64,000 nt of DNA from an uncultured bacterium (GTDB taxonomy: Bacteria; CAYUVA01). The translations under genes and the position numbers were made by a program. The stretch spans positions 1-64,000 of the forward strand of contig CAYUVA010000005.1 in the NCBI GenBank assembly GCA_964448115.1. The letters run 5' to 3'. Below the pieces are notes generated by a model, which did not search any database, was not told the DNA's origin, and worked only from the letters and a program-made list of their open reading frames with translations. Of this stretch, positions 28,265 through 38,454 are shown piece by piece (within the stretch, counting starts at the first letter, position 1; each line of letters opens with the position of its first letter).

Positions 28265-29275
28265 TTACCTTGAGCCACCTCTCCTCCTTGGTGGCGTTAC
28301 CAGCTCTATCTCGCCACCGGCCATATCCTTTAATATATTGGAAGCCCTGGTGATGGCAGAGAGGAAGCTTTGCTGGTCTCCGATATTCCTATAGTATGCA
28401 GCCTGCTGGGATAGAACCTGCACTATCAGGATGCGGTCATCAAGCTGCTGGGCGATTTGCATCGCCTCGTTCAGGTAGTGGTTGACCATGGTCGGATTGC
28501 CGATACCCATATAGATGCGCGCCAGGTTTATGTAATCGACCGCTGTGTCCCATTTTTTCCCTATTTTCTTGTGTATCTCCAGTGCATTTTCCTGAAGTCG
28601 TTGCGCTTTTCTGAACTGCCCAAGACCAATGTAACACTGGGCAAGGTTGCCGCTTGCATTGGCAATAGCAATGGGATCATTGAGCGCTTCAGCTTTCTCT
28701 AATACCTTGCTTCCATAAAGGATAGCTCGATGAAAATCCCGCGCCATTGCATAGGAATCGGCTATCTTCTGCCGAGCGCTAAGAAAACCTGGATTGAGAC
28801 GCAGAGTCTCGTTGAACTGGTCGATGGCGCTGGAGTAAACCTTGACATGGTAATGAACCAGTCCGAGCGCATAATGTGCCAGGTAGTTATCCGGCTGCTC
28901 TATGACCAGGCTCTTGAAGAATTCGTTTGCATCTTCGAGCCTTTTGGCAAGGCGATAGCTTTCCACCAGCTCCTCGTAAACACCTGGATTCATAACACCG
29001 TCTAGCACCTGCCGCTTCAGCACCCTTATCTTCTCGGTCTTATCTTCAGGTGGACGAAACTTCTCCAGGTCATAGACCGGTATATTTTGCAGGGTATCCA
29101 AGGGAGGGGTCGGTCTTTTGACGCTTCTTATGACCTGGTTCCCATAGAAGATGAGTATCCCTAGAAAAATGCATAGAAAGCCTATGGCTAGTGCTCGCCG
29201 GTAGCGATCCTGCACTTCTAGTTTCTTGGACTTGGGTCTTATGGATTCCTGGTGAATATCGTTATCAGCGGTCAT
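28265..29275 (-). CDS. Membrane-anchored TPR protein
   Basis: One TM helix followed by TPRs (AHYALGLVHY, ASGNLAQCY, DYINLARIY). Confidence 0.85.
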   Translation of the reverse strand: MTADNDIHQESIRPKSKKLEVQDRYRRALAIGFLCIFLGILIFYGNQVIRSVKRPTPPLDTLQNIPVYDLEKFRPPEDKTEKIRVLKRQVLDGVMNPGVYEELVESYRLAKRLEDANEFFKSLVIEQPDNYLAHYALGLVHYHVKVYSSAIDQFNETLRLNPGFLSARQKIADSYAMARDFHRAILYGSKVLEKAEALNDPIAIANASGNLAQCYIGLGQFRKAQRLQENALEIHKKIGKKWDTAVDYINLARIYMGIGNPTMVNHYLNEAMQIAQQLDDRILIVQVLSQQAAYYRNIGDQQSFLSAITRASNILKDMAGGEIELVTPPRRRGGSR

Positions 29276-29385
29276 TGTTATGATCGATATTATCAGAAGG
29301 AGTTTGGCTAAACAAATGACATGCTAATGCTGGTATGGTAGAGTTTTTATTTAGTTATCCACTCTTGGTCAAAGGATTAGTAAAC

Positions 29386-32145
29386 ATGAATATTAAAAAG
29401 ATCTTGCTGCTTGTGAGCATTCTATTCTCCTATGTTTGGGCTTTGTCATCGATGCAAGTTATTGAACTTAACGCTGAGCCGTGGCATCCGGAGATAGATC
29501 ATTATCCGCGCCTTATATACACCTCGCAGATGTACGCCAAGATCGTCTCCCGGTTGAATAAATATCCATATTCAGAGCTTTATGCGCATATTCTAGCTCG
29601 TTCCGCCTCCACTCCCAGTTACGATCACTCGCAATACTTCCCCGCCCAGGAATATAACAACGCCCAGATAGCTAAATGCTGCGCATTTGTGGCGGCAGTG
29701 GAACAGGAGCAAGCGATGGCTGACAAGGCAATAGAGATCCTGGAGAACCTCAATGACGATGTTCATGATCTCCCCTTGCAGGAGTTGGCTTCTGATGTCC
29801 ATATTGCCGAGGCTGTTCAAGGTTACTGCCAGGCGTATGATATCCTGCGCGGGCACGGGTTCATCGATGAAAACAGCCTTTGCCATACCAGGTTGACTAG
29901 CCTGTCCAGCGATTTCTACCAGTTCTTCGCCATTGACTACCGCCTGATCTACCAGACCATGTACAACAATCATAGAACCAAGTCAGCCTCTGCCATCGGC
30001 ACCAGTGGGATCACCTTGAACCAGCACCCGGAGGCGAGCCACTGGGTCGATTTTGCCATGATCAACCTCAACGACATCCTTATGAACGACCTGTCATCCC
30101 CTGATGGATGCTATGCAGAGGGGGGTTACTACTACCAGTACAGCGCAGTCAACCATATCCCTTTTATCATCGCCTTGAGAAACGCCATCGGCGATGCCTC
30201 TGGCTGGTATAATCGTATGATCTTCGATCTTTTCGGCAACATCGAGTATGTACCCGAATATATCGGGGATTTCATTACTAATCCCAGGTTATGGCATCTT
30301 GAGGCGTTCAATATCAAGGTGCGAATGCCAGATGGAAACGGTCCGCCCATCGATGATGCCAACCTGCATTGGTACCCTGGAGCTTCGAGCGATTTCATCT
30401 TTAACCATGGCATCTTCAATTGGCACTGGTTAAACCATCAAGCAGGATTGCAGTATGTCCATTGCACGGATCTGGCAGTCGATTTCATTTGCCATTACGA
30501 TTGTAACCTGACCGCGCTTGAGCCTACTTGGCAACCATCACTAGCCCTGAAAGATGGCGGCAAGGCGGTATTTCGTGATAGCTGGGCACCTGGTGGATTA
30601 TACTTTCTGCTCAATGCAGAACATGGCAACCTGCGCGAGGCTGGCGCCATGCACGAACACCCGGATAATCTCTCCTTTATAGCCTGCCGTGGAGATGAGA
30701 TGATGGCAATAGACAGCGGATACATAAGGTGGGAGGAGCACGACCTGGTGCGCCATGCGAAAAACCATAACACAATATTGATCAACGGGACAGGTCCCCC
30801 TTCTGCTACCTACCTTTCGCCCGCTGATTATGATGCATATATCGAGGAGTTCTTCACCATGGATAACCTCGACTATGCACGAGCCAGCCAGGAGCGCCCT
30901 CGGGCGACCATCAACCGACTGGTACTATTCCCCATGCACAGCTACTTTTCGGTGGTCGATTTCATTGAAAGTACGGATGTTCAAACCTATACATGGCTGC
31001 TGCACGGCAATGGCGGAGGAGACAGCGGCGGCAGCTTTGAGATGCTAGAACAGGGGGGAAGATGGACACTGAATGACTCGAAAATGGAGAGCTTCATTGA
31101 TACCACAGCCGGAAAGCCATCAATGAGCCATCACGAGGACTGGCACGGGTTTGTCTGGGGACAGGCAAAGAAGCACCAGGTCACCCAGGCTGATATAGAT
31201 GATGATGACATCGCTGCCTTGCAGTTTCTGTTCTTGGGGGACTTAAACCATAGTTCTCCAACTCTCACACAACTCCCAGTTCAACCTGGGAATATATTAT
31301 ATCGCTTGGACAATACAACCTTTACTCATTATTATCATCTACAGACAAAATATGGGAGCGCATCCATCGACCTTAATGGCACGCAAGTACGCCATGATGG
31401 CAGGATGCTATTTATCGGGAAAAAAGATCCGCTTTGGTATTTTCAGCACCAGGCAAGCGAAATTCTCATCAATGATCAGAGGTATTACGCCAGCGACAGC
31501 GTAGTAAGCCTGTATTGTAATTATGATATGAATCGGGTGCACCTTTTCGCCAGTCTGCCGTGTGCGGGCAGCCTTGTGATTTATACCGCATTCGAGCCAG
31601 AGAGCATAAGTGGCGAAAATGTAACCTCCTGGGAATATCTGCCTGGTGATTTCACAAGCATAACCCTGAGCGGCGAATCAGAGGTGGAGATACTTCTCTC
31701 CGAGCGCACCCATCCGCCCACACCTACGCCAACCGCAACCAACCCGCCGACAATAACCCCCACTCCGACCTGCACGGGATATCAAACCTCAACACCCACG
31801 CTTACAGCAACAGCCACCCCCTATCCTCGATTGTTCATACTGGTAGCCGGATACATGGACACCGAGATCTCAAGTATGCATGGCGGAAGATTATCAATGC
31901 TTGCTGTTGTCGGTGGGGATGAAGAGGTTAACCATCTGCAAGTGGAACTGACCTATAATGGAGTGGGCAGCGGTGTTTACTTGATGCTCGCCGATGAACA
32001 AGCGGGCGTTTTTATATTGCCATCAATCTCAATCCAGCCTGGTTTGCCAGCGGAGATATTCCTCCTCGGCTTGGAGGCGACATTGATCACCCAGCCTGCG
32101 GTGCCAGCTACCTGGCCTTTTCTTTATTGTGCGGAGGCTTTGTAG
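29386..32145 (+). CDS. Secreted heparinase II/III-like polysaccharide lyase with Thr/Pro linker and shared C-terminal domain
   Basis: Signal peptide; NNH, DGCYAEGGYY, PPIDD, HEHPDNLSF, IDSGY, HNTILING; PTPTPT linker; AGYMDTEISSMHGG...WPFL. Start placed at ATG 29386. Confidence 0.85.
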   Translation: MNIKKILLLVSILFSYVWALSSMQVIELNAEPWHPEIDHYPRLIYTSQMYAKIVSRLNKYPYSELYAHILARSASTPSYDHSQYFPAQEYNNAQIAKCCAFVAAVEQEQAMADKAIEILENLNDDVHDLPLQELASDVHIAEAVQGYCQAYDILRGHGFIDENSLCHTRLTSLSSDFYQFFAIDYRLIYQTMYNNHRTKSASAIGTSGITLNQHPEASHWVDFAMINLNDILMNDLSSPDGCYAEGGYYYQYSAVNHIPFIIALRNAIGDASGWYNRMIFDLFGNIEYVPEYIGDFITNPRLWHLEAFNIKVRMPDGNGPPIDDANLHWYPGASSDFIFNHGIFNWHWLNHQAGLQYVHCTDLAVDFICHYDCNLTALEPTWQPSLALKDGGKAVFRDSWAPGGLYFLLNAEHGNLREAGAMHEHPDNLSFIACRGDEMMAIDSGYIRWEEHDLVRHAKNHNTILINGTGPPSATYLSPADYDAYIEEFFTMDNLDYARASQERPRATINRLVLFPMHSYFSVVDFIESTDVQTYTWLLHGNGGGDSGGSFEMLEQGGRWTLNDSKMESFIDTTAGKPSMSHHEDWHGFVWGQAKKHQVTQADIDDDDIAALQFLFLGDLNHSSPTLTQLPVQPGNILYRLDNTTFTHYYHLQTKYGSASIDLNGTQVRHDGRMLFIGKKDPLWYFQHQASEILINDQRYYASDSVVSLYCNYDMNRVHLFASLPCAGSLVIYTAFEPESISGENVTSWEYLPGDFTSITLSGESEVEILLSERTHPPTPTPTATNPPTITPTPTCTGYQTSTPTLTATATPYPRLFILVAGYMDTEISSMHGGRLSMLAVVGGDEEVNHLQVELTYNGVGSGVYLMLADEQAGVFILPSISIQPGLPAEIFLLGLEATLITQPAVPATWPFLYCAEAL

Positions 32146-32648
32146 TCCGGGCGACAACCTGGGGAGCAATATTTTTGCCGCGGGCTTCTTTTTACAAACT
32201 CCTTGCCACAGGTAACACAGGTAGCGATTTTTACCTGCTTCACTGATGAGGGGGCTGGTTTAGCCGTCATAGCTGCTGAGGCTGGCTTGGCGACTTGCGG
32301 GGATGTTTCGCTTTTAGACTCGGCTTGGGATGGGGTGGTGGTCTTTTCTGCCATCATATCTTCAAGGTTTTTGTTCAGACGGTTCACCTTGCGTCTAATG
32401 CCATCCACTTCTTCCATGATCTGTTTTACCTCGGAGCGGGTGGCAATGTTGGCTGCCCCGAGTATGCCCTCGATGCTCTTATCGAACAGGTCCCTTGCCC
32501 CCAACAGCCTATCTACAAGGTTGGATAGCAGTTTATGTTCCGAAAGGTCAGTGAGCAGATTATCTATGCTCTCCTCGCTAGCCTGGTAGAGATCCCTTAA
32601 GAAAGCCCTAATATTTTGGTTCATTTTTTTTTCCATGTTAAAAAACAC
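32124..32648 (-). CDS. Hypothetical protein: phasin-like coiled-coil, low-complexity linker, C-terminal Cys4 zinc finger
   Basis: NIATRSEVKQIMEEVDGIRRKV; CVTCGKEF...QKYCSPGC. Start uncertain. Confidence 0.65.
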   Translation of the reverse strand: MFFNMEKKMNQNIRAFLRDLYQASEESIDNLLTDLSEHKLLSNLVDRLLGARDLFDKSIEGILGAANIATRSEVKQIMEEVDGIRRKVNRLNKNLEDMMAEKTTTPSQAESKSETSPQVAKPASAAMTAKPAPSSVKQVKIATCVTCGKEFVKRSPRQKYCSPGCRPDYKASAQ

Positions 32649-32859
32649 CTGCTATTGAGTAATTCCTTAATTCTATTAGCATATTGATCAGCAATACTCA
32701 ATGTCTATGATGTGATGATCGTTTTTTTTAAGAAATTTCGTTGCTCTTGTTATGAGCAAATATATAGGATGCACCTAAGATCATACATACTTGTCCTTGT
32801 TAGCCTAGTAATTTTCAGTGTAAAATGATCCATTGATTTACGCATATTCCGACAAAAAT

Positions 32860-35088
32860 ATGTCGAAAAGATCAGCATACTTGATAGTTGCGAGTTCATT
32901 GCTTCTCCTTTACCTGCTGAACTCTCCTGGGTACATAGTCCTGGTTCCGGGCATATCATTTCTCTTTGTTGTCAAGCGTGGTTATCGACTATTGGATGCT
33001 ATTGCGATAGTCTTAAATAGCTCGGTTGCCTTCTGGACAGTATCATTTTATCTGCTTGGTGTTATTGGAATTGGCTTAAGCTGGGGGCATTCGGTTGCAG
33101 TCCTGTTTACAATAGCTGTACTCATCTATTATGCATTGAGGTCAAGTGCTGCAAGCTCATGGCTTGATAAACCAAATCGCTGGCAGATTATTCAATTGAT
33201 AATACTTGTTTTTATAATTTATATTTTATTTCTTCCCCTTTCCACAGCTCTTACCCTTCCTGGGGACCTAAGCATGAACGCATACCTGGCAAGGCTGATA
33301 GTTGAGCATGATGGCGCCTTTGATAGCTTTGAGCCGATCTGGAATCTGGATAAACCCTGTGGATATCCCATGGGGCTGCACAGCCTGGCTGCTCTTTTGA
33401 CTATGGCTAGCGACGGTGTTGTGCCTATATACCGCTCTGCCGCTTATGCGACGGTACTGGGTTATATATTTTTAATTGTGAATCTTTCGCTGCTATTGTG
33501 CCTGATGGTGCCAGGAATCTGGGCGATGGTGATCTCTGTAACTGTTTTGTTCGCTGCTGGTCATCCGCTTGCATTCGTAAGGTACGGAGCACATGGCAAT
33601 ATATTCGCTTATGCTCTTGCTTTGTATGCAATCCATTGGCTTTATTCTTTTAGGCTATCCGGTCGAGGATTATGTAACCATGTAATGATCGGCAGCCTGA
33701 TGATTTCATCGGTTCCCCTCATGCACACACAGCCGGCGGTGCTAATGCTGTACCTGTCTTTTTTGCTAGTTCCAGTTTATCTTGTTGTTCATCGATACTT
33801 TGGAGTGATGCGAGCCGCACTGGTTGGCGGACTGTTATTATTAATTTCTGCTATATTGCTAAGTCCGTACCTGGCAATTGCCGATTTGAAGGTGAGCGAT
33901 ATTGAAATGCTGGAGGTGGTCAAGTGGCACCAGGATCATGGTTTGCTCCTGCATGAAGGCTTTTTGGAGAACCTGAAGGGACTGGTCGAATATTTGAGGT
34001 CTTTTTTATCGCCATCTATCTTGATTTTGGGCTTGATCGGCTTGATAGCAGGTATATTCTTTCATCGCAAATGCGCTGTAGTCGGCTTAGTATTGTCTTT
34101 TTTGGTATTGCTTTTGTTGATCAATTCGAGCTATTGGTTGCTTCCCTTATCGTTCTCATTGCTGCCGGACAGGCTGCTTGTAGCTCTCGTCATCGCTATT
34201 GCCATACTTTGTTGCGGTTTTTATGCACTTTTTTCAGGGCTTTGCCAAGGTTTGCCTAAAGCGATAAAAATTCCATTGATAGCGCTATTATGCCTTTTGT
34301 TGTTTGCATATTCTTTTATCGGCTACAAGCGGGATTATTATGAGCTTATACAACGATATACTGTATTAACTCCGCCTGATCTGAAGGCGATGGAGTGGAT
34401 CGCTGAAAATACACATCCAGGAGATCTCTTTATCAATAATATCTACGATGCTGGGCTATGGATACCTGCGATGGCGATGCGACCTATAACCGAGCCAGCA
34501 ACCAACATAATATTTTATCAGGATCTGCTCGACTCTATGATCGGGCAAGAACCGCGTTACTTGTACATCGGCGCCAAGATCATCAATCAGCATCGGGTTT
34601 ACACGGACAAGGTAGTTAGTAGATACCCGGTGGATCCTTTCACTAATCCGCCAATATGCCACAGGTTGGTTTATCGCAATAATGGCGTTTCTATATACCG
34701 GCTTGGTCCCTGCGCAGAGGTGCTTGAGGACAAAGAAACGCTCGATATCAACGATATACAGCTTACAGTATTAGCTCCCTTGGATAATGCTTTCCTGGCT
34801 CCCGGCTTGGAGTTCACCTGGGAAGCCACCAATCTCAATTTCTTCAACCTTCAGTTCTCCTATCATCCAAGCTTCTCGGCTTCAACTATTATATTTGAGA
34901 CCTATCCCTTCGACGAGGTGAGGCTGGGGAGATATAAGCTACCGCCGTTGGGTCTGGGATCTTTCAAAGGGCGGGATATTGGCGGTGAGCTAGCCATCTA
35001 TTGGCGAGTGCTCGGTGTAGGGCTAGCCGATGGAGCGCCGATTAGTCCTGCGATCTCCAGCCAGCCGGGAATATTGCGCATCAGGTGA
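32860..35088 (+). CDS. Polytopic membrane protein, probable GT-C-fold glycosyltransferase, with extracytoplasmic C-terminal domain
   Basis: More than 10 TM helices; YPMGLHSLAA loop; DLKAMEWIAENT...DAGLWIP pattern; C-terminal FTWE...YWRV (FN3-like). Confidence 0.65.
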   Translation: MSKRSAYLIVASSLLLLYLLNSPGYIVLVPGISFLFVVKRGYRLLDAIAIVLNSSVAFWTVSFYLLGVIGIGLSWGHSVAVLFTIAVLIYYALRSSAASSWLDKPNRWQIIQLIILVFIIYILFLPLSTALTLPGDLSMNAYLARLIVEHDGAFDSFEPIWNLDKPCGYPMGLHSLAALLTMASDGVVPIYRSAAYATVLGYIFLIVNLSLLLCLMVPGIWAMVISVTVLFAAGHPLAFVRYGAHGNIFAYALALYAIHWLYSFRLSGRGLCNHVMIGSLMISSVPLMHTQPAVLMLYLSFLLVPVYLVVHRYFGVMRAALVGGLLLLISAILLSPYLAIADLKVSDIEMLEVVKWHQDHGLLLHEGFLENLKGLVEYLRSFLSPSILILGLIGLIAGIFFHRKCAVVGLVLSFLVLLLLINSSYWLLPLSFSLLPDRLLVALVIAIAILCCGFYALFSGLCQGLPKAIKIPLIALLCLLLFAYSFIGYKRDYYELIQRYTVLTPPDLKAMEWIAENTHPGDLFINNIYDAGLWIPAMAMRPITEPATNIIFYQDLLDSMIGQEPRYLYIGAKIINQHRVYTDKVVSRYPVDPFTNPPICHRLVYRNNGVSIYRLGPCAEVLEDKETLDINDIQLTVLAPLDNAFLAPGLEFTWEATNLNFFNLQFSYHPSFSASTIIFETYPFDEVRLGRYKLPPLGLGSFKGRDIGGELAIYWRVLGVGLADGAPISPAISSQPGILRIR

Positions 35089-35284
35089 GGATTGGTGCCA
35101 GGCGCGAGGAAAGGAGCCTCCCCCAAAGAAATGTGGACAAAAGAATTTCTATTCTGCTGGTGTCTGATTTACATAAAATTAAATGCTAATTTACCTTTCT
35201 TGATAAAAAAAATCATATTTTGTCGCAATAAGACTTGACCTTCTCAATAAATATGGTATATATATGTCTCTGTGATACAAGATG

Positions 35285-35313
35285 TTGACAGCATTTGGTA
35301 TTTAACATATAGT
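35285..35313 (+). promoter_or_regulatory. sigma70-type promoter of the toxin-antitoxin pair
   Basis: TTGACA-N17-TATAGT. Confidence 0.7.
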
Positions 35314-35385
35314 AACTTTGAAGGATATCAAGAAAAATGCCTTTGAACTGGACCCATAAAACTTTAATATATTGGGAGGGCAAAG

Positions 35386-35721
35386 ATGAGAGAGATACTG
35401 ACCCTTGACGAGGCTGCACATACGTTGGGACTAGCCGTCGAGGAAGTGATCAGCCTGGCAAACGAAGGGATGCTGCCCGCCAGCAACATCGGCGACAACT
35501 GGTACTTTACCAGGGAGGTTATCACGCAGTGGATCATCGATAGCCAGACTCAACAGATGCTCAAGAAGCTGGCTTCAGATGAGGACAGAAAGAAGGTGCG
35601 CATGGATAAACTGAGCAGAGAGGAGATAAACCAACACTTTGGGAGACACCATCTGGGGAGTATCAGAGGTAAGCTGACCAGGGGGTATATCTATAATGAG
35701 CGAGAAACTAATACTTTTTGA
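35386..35721 (+). CDS. HTH_17 (excisionase-like) DNA-binding protein, putative antitoxin
   Basis: ILTLDEAAHTLG...GMLPASNIGDNWYF; overlaps the downstream PIN gene. Confidence 0.75.
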   Translation: MREILTLDEAAHTLGLAVEEVISLANEGMLPASNIGDNWYFTREVITQWIIDSQTQQMLKKLASDEDRKKVRMDKLSREEINQHFGRHHLGSIRGKLTRGYIYNERETNTF

Positions 35722-36139
35722 CACCCCGATCCTGGTACATGCGGACAATATCGACTCCATGCATCACAAGGTTGCTGAGGAGCTTCGCTATAAGGCTATA
35801 AAAGGGGAGATCGATGCCTGCGTTACTCCCCAGATATTGCTTGAGCTTTTCGCCATATTAACTAGTCTGCGGGTGGAACACCCCTTGCCACCGCAAGAGG
35901 CGCTGAGGATTGTACAGGTTTATTACTTCGCAGAACCTATAAGGAAAATATTCCCTAGGGTTAGCACCCTGAACCGAACCATACAACTATGCGAGAAGTA
36001 TTCCATAAAGGGTCAGGAGATCTATAATGCCTTCCTGGCAGCGATCATGCTCGATAACGGAGTCGAAGATATATATACCGATAACCCGGATGTCTACAGT
36101 AAATTCACTGAAATCAAGGCATCGAATCCATTTGTATAA
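35696..36139 (+). CDS. PIN-domain (VapC-like) ribonuclease
   Basis: LFDTPIL, QILLELF, IYNAFLAA and IYTDN motifs. Confidence 0.88.
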   Translation: MSEKLILFDTPILVHADNIDSMHHKVAEELRYKAIKGEIDACVTPQILLELFAILTSLRVEHPLPPQEALRIVQVYYFAEPIRKIFPRVSTLNRTIQLCEKYSIKGQEIYNAFLAAIMLDNGVEDIYTDNPDVYSKFTEIKASNPFV

Positions 36140-36209
36140 GCATGGACAATTCTTGAATTGCCTATAAGAACGATCGATCCATCCGTAGGGGCAATTCATG
36201 AAATACCCC
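36140..36209. repeat. Two degenerate GTAG-type REP palindromes
   Basis: GGACAATTCTTGAATTGCCT (about 36144-36163) and GTAGGGGCAATTCATGAAATACCCC (36185-36209). Confidence 0.6.
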
Positions 36210-36259
36210 AACTTTCCCCTTGAGAAAAAAGTAGCCTTCTAGTATTTACTATTACTGTT

Positions 36260-36450
36260 GATCCGATCCTCCTTATCATGGATCGTCTGGAGAATAGGGA
36301 TGTCAGCGCGCTTAAGCCTGTAAAGGGGGCGTGGATTCACTTGGCATCCTTATAAGTAGGTGGGTGGATTCTTGAAGAAACAAATATTAACCGAACCGAG
36401 ACAAAGCTCGAAGGCTTCCCAGCCGGCAGCGGGTAGCATACCTCGGTATA
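36260..36450. ncRNA. Candidate structured RNA, family not identified
   Basis: Several nested stems in a roughly 400-bp intergenic gap (see findings). Confidence 0.3.
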
Positions 36451-36551
36451 GCAAAATCAATACAAGTACTATGAATGAGGCGAACCGTAAGTTTTCCTTG
36501 ACAGAAGAGTTGTATAGGTATTGCTGGGGAGATCTTAATCAATTCAAGGTT

Positions 36552-37487
36552 ATGGGTAAAAAGGTCAAGCCTGAAGAGGTGGTAGATGTCTCTGCCTTGA
36601 TCCGTGCTTGCCCTCCCCAGCGAGTATATGAGCTGGCAAAGATTGCCAATCAGATGCGCAGGGACATAATCAAGATGCTATCTCTTGCCAAATCAGGGCA
36701 TCCTGGTGGATCGCTTTCGATCGTGGAGATCATCACCATACTTTATTGGGTTGCGATGAACTACGAATTAAGCAACCTATGCCGGTCGGATCGGGATCAC
36801 TTCATACTATCCAAGGGTCATGGAGTCCCGGCGCTTTATGCAGCCCTGCATCGACTGGGAGTCTATGAAAATAAGGATATTGAGACCCTTCGTAAGATCA
36901 ATTCACCGCTTCAGGGTCATCCGGATCGCTGCCGTACCCCTGGCATAGAGGTCTCCACTGGCTCGCTGGGGCAGGGGCTTTCGGTGGCAAGCGGCATCGC
37001 AATTGCCTGCAAGATGAAGATGGAGCTTGAAGATGTCCGCGTTTATTGCATTATCGGCGATGGTGAGGGGCAGGAAGGACAGATATGGGAGGCGGCGGCT
37101 TACGCAGCCCATCGGAAGTTGGATAATCTGTATGTATTCCTCGATACCAACAACCTGCAGATAGACGGTCCTCTACCAAAGATAAAAAACATGGAGCCTT
37201 GGGAAGATAAGTGGATGGCATTCGGTTGGAATGTAATAGCCATCGATGGACACTCGTTCTACCAGATTCTCGCCGCCATCGATTGGGCAAAAAGTTCGCT
37301 CAATAAACCTGTGATGATCATCTCAAGAACCGTAAAAGGTAAGGGGATCGGTTTCATGGAAAACAAGGTAGATTGGCACGGAAACGCACCATCAGAAGAA
37401 GAAGCCCAGTTAGCTTATCAGGATCTTGATAAAATAGAAGATAAAATAAAAAGGATTTTTAAGGACTATGAAACCGATATTCATTGA
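36552..37487 (+). CDS. Transketolase N-terminal (TPP-binding) subunit
   Basis: SGHPGGSLS, LSKGH, LQGHP, STGSLGQG and GDGEGQEG motifs. Start placed at ATG 36552. Confidence 0.93.
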   Translation: MGKKVKPEEVVDVSALIRACPPQRVYELAKIANQMRRDIIKMLSLAKSGHPGGSLSIVEIITILYWVAMNYELSNLCRSDRDHFILSKGHGVPALYAALHRLGVYENKDIETLRKINSPLQGHPDRCRTPGIEVSTGSLGQGLSVASGIAIACKMKMELEDVRVYCIIGDGEGQEGQIWEAAAYAAHRKLDNLYVFLDTNNLQIDGPLPKIKNMEPWEDKWMAFGWNVIAIDGHSFYQILAAIDWAKSSLNKPVMIISRTVKGKGIGFMENKVDWHGNAPSEEEAQLAYQDLDKIEDKIKRIFKDYETDIH

Positions 37488-38454
37488 CGAAAGTAATATA
37501 GTTTCGGTTCGTAAATACTATGGCAAAAGGCTCGTTGAACTTGCTGATGTGCATGATGATATAGTCGGGGTGAGCGCCGATCTGGCTGAATCGACTGGAA
37601 TCGGTCAGCTTGGGGACAAACACCCGCATAGGATGTTTAATGTCGGTATCTCTGAGCAGGACATGGTGGGAGTAGCCGCTGGACTTGCCTTGATGGGTAA
37701 ATCGGTCTGGGTGAGCACCTTTGCCATCTTCGCCACCGGCAGATGTTGGGATCAGATAAGACAATCTATCTGCTATTCCAACCTGCCAGTAAAGATAGTT
37801 GCCAGCCACGGAGGGATCTCCGTGGGACAGGATGGACCAACCCACCAAGCGAGCGAGGATATAGCACTGATGCGGGTGATGCCCCGCATGAATATCATCA
37901 TACCCTGCGACTGGATCGAGATGCGCCATATCATGGACTTCATTTACCATGAGCTAAAAGAGCCGGTCTATGTGCGAACAGCCAGGATACTCTATCCGAC
38001 TATACACCAGGATAAGGGCTATCAATTTAACTTCGGACAAGCTGAGGTTCTTGGTCGGGGCAAGGATATAACCATCATAGCTTGTGGGTATATGGTTACC
38101 AAGGCGATCCTGGCAGCAAACCGACTCATAGCCGAGGGTTATGAGCCGACGGTGCTCAATATGCACACCATAAAGCCTATCGACTACAATGCCATAAAGG
38201 AATTCGCCGACCAGGAGAATAATCGCAGCCGAACCATCATCGTTGCCGAGGAGCACTCCGTAATAGGCGGATTGGGCAGCGCTGTCGCAGAGGTGCTTGC
38301 CGAGGAATGCTGCAATAATATAAAATTGATACGAATCGGGCTGAAGGAGCCATTTGCGGAATCCGGCGAGCCGGAGAAACTGCTTGATAAATATAAGATG
38401 TCGTCTGATCATATTTATGAGAAAGCAAAGGAGGTTCTTATAAAACTTAGATGA
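37468..38454 (+). CDS. Transketolase C-terminal subunit
   Basis: NVGISEQ, DGPTHQ and EEHSVIGGLG motifs. Confidence 0.93.
   Translation: MKPIFIDESNIVSVRKYYGKRLVELADVHDDIVGVSADLAESTGIGQLGDKHPHRMFNVGISEQDMVGVAAGLALMGKSVWVSTFAIFATGRCWDQIRQSICYSNLPVKIVASHGGISVGQDGPTHQASEDIALMRVMPRMNIIIPCDWIEMRHIMDFIYHELKEPVYVRTARILYPTIHQDKGYQFNFGQAEVLGRGKDITIIACGYMVTKAILAANRLIAEGYEPTVLNMHTIKPIDYNAIKEFADQENNRSRTIIVAEEHSVIGGLGSAVAEVLAEECCNNIKLIRIGLKEPFAESGEPEKLLDKYKMSSDHIYEKAKEVLIKLR

Noticed and set aside
35386-35721. Excisionase indicating a prophage or integrative element
   Set aside because: No integrase, att repeat or phage genes are nearby, and overlap with a PIN gene fits an antitoxin better.
36300-36420. 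TPP or c-di-AMP riboswitch, tmRNA or SRP RNA
   Set aside because: The diagnostic conserved segments (for example CTGAGA, GTCAGCTAAC, GGAAGGAAGCAGC) are absent or out of order.
36360-36551. 64-aa N-terminal extension of transketolase given in the ORF track
   Set aside because: It has no transketolase similarity and overlaps predicted RNA stems; ATG 36552 is the more plausible start.
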